DNA of 64,000 nt from Octopus sinensis (Eukaryota). Where the stretch lies: assembly GCF_006345805.1 (NCBI RefSeq), contig NC_042999.1, positions 43,214,001 to 43,278,000 of the forward strand. Direction: 5' to 3'. This document shows positions 63,131 through 64,000 of this stretch, piece by piece. The notes beneath the pieces were generated by a model, which saw nothing but the letters and a program-made list of their open reading frames with translations, made no database searches and was not told the DNA's origin. Numbering within the stretch: position 1 is the stretch's first letter; every line of letters starts with the position of its first letter. The position numbers were made by a program, and so were the translations under genes.

Positions 63131-63390
63131 ATATAATAAATATTAGGGAATAAATCCAGATTTACAGGGAAAAAAATCAGATTTAGGATTAAATCCAATT
63201 TTATAGTAAAATATTATAAAATATTATTAGAGACAAATTTGAAACTGACTTATTGGAAGTCCACCTGAAGATTGTCGATCAAGACAAGAAACGATTGTAG
63301 TGGCGGTTTTTTTGACTATTTATTAAAATTTTATGTATTGATTAAGTCTTTCCTTGTTTGTTTTGCAAAATAGTGGTTTTGTCTCTAATA

Positions 63391-63397
<7 letters not shown>
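63131..63397 (+). mobile_element. Penelope-like element/retrozyme 3' fragment carrying a hammerhead ribozyme, between (TA)n tracts
   Basis: Hammerhead at 63261-63303. The last ~127 nt are near-identical to 34260-34384, and (TA)n lies on both sides. The 5' boundary is uncertain. Confidence 0.7.
63261..63303 (+). ncRNA. Minimal type I hammerhead ribozyme
   Basis: CCAC-CUGAAGA-UUGUC(GAUCAA)GACAA-GAAA-C(GAUU)G-UA-GUGG. The core is intact, stem II is 5 bp, stem I is CCAC/GUGG, stem III is 2 bp, and the cleavage triplet is GUA (after 63299). Confidence 0.85.
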
Positions 63398-63438
<41 letters not shown>

Positions 63439-63659
63439 TAGATGTCTCTTATCTTACACTTTAGATTGCAGCAATGCTGGGGCACCACCTTGAAGAATTT
63501 TTAGCCAAATGAATTGACCCCATGACTTTTTTTTTTTCTTTTTATAAGCCTGGTACTTACCCTATCCGTCTCTTTCTTTTACCAAACTGCTAATTACAAG
63601 GATGTAACGAACCAACAGCAGATGTAAAGTGGTTGCGGGGAAAACACACACACATACAC

Positions 63660-63726
<67 letters not shown>

Positions 63727-63878
63727 ATATGTATACATGATAGACTTCTTTCTGTTTCCATCTACTAAATCCACTCACAAGGCTTTGGTCAGCCCAAGGC
63801 TATAGTAGCAGATATTTACCTAAGGTGCCACACAGTGGGACTCGGCCCAGGACCATGTAGTTGGGAAGCAAACTTCTT

Positions 63879-63910
<32 letters not shown>

Positions 63911-64000
63911 TTGCAGTTGTAAGATTGTGGTTTTGATTCCCAGACCGGACGTTGTGAGTGTTTATTGAGTGAAAACACCTACAAGCTCCACGAGGCTCCG

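Noticed and set aside
62387-63198. 239-aa and 164-aa hydrophobic L/F/S/P-rich ORFs (also 29576-30119, 50114-50504, 57381-57927)
   Set aside because: Antisense translations of GA-rich low-complexity tracts.

Overview
AT-rich, microsatellite- and SINE-saturated animal genomic DNA. The repeat families resemble those of Octopus (inferred from recalled sequence, not a database search). The only supportable host coding sequence is one minus-strand exon of a FoxN2/3 forkhead gene (CDS 3712->3104, 203 codons, acceptor AG at 3731-3730, phase-0 donor GT at 3103-3102). The rest of the forkhead domain is not in the window and probably lies beyond its left edge. The other ~60 kb is presumably intron 1 or upstream sequence. 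It holds several tRNA-derived SINE families, RTE LINE 3' fragments, two decayed mariners, and piggyBac-, hAT- and Tc2/pogo-like MITEs with readable TIRs and TSDs. The best novel signal is a complete minimal type I hammerhead ribozyme at 63261-63303. It sits in a young (TA)n-flanked Penelope-like/retrozyme-like insertion, with a near-identical truncated sister at 34260 and a second hammerhead-like family at 43761-43795. Also notable are a mariner with two 5' ends that each carry an RFX X-box, and a mellifera-like mariner that may have been horizontally transferred. Nearly all other ORFs in the track are microsatellite or SINE artefacts. SINE and microsatellite boundaries without a TSD are approximate.
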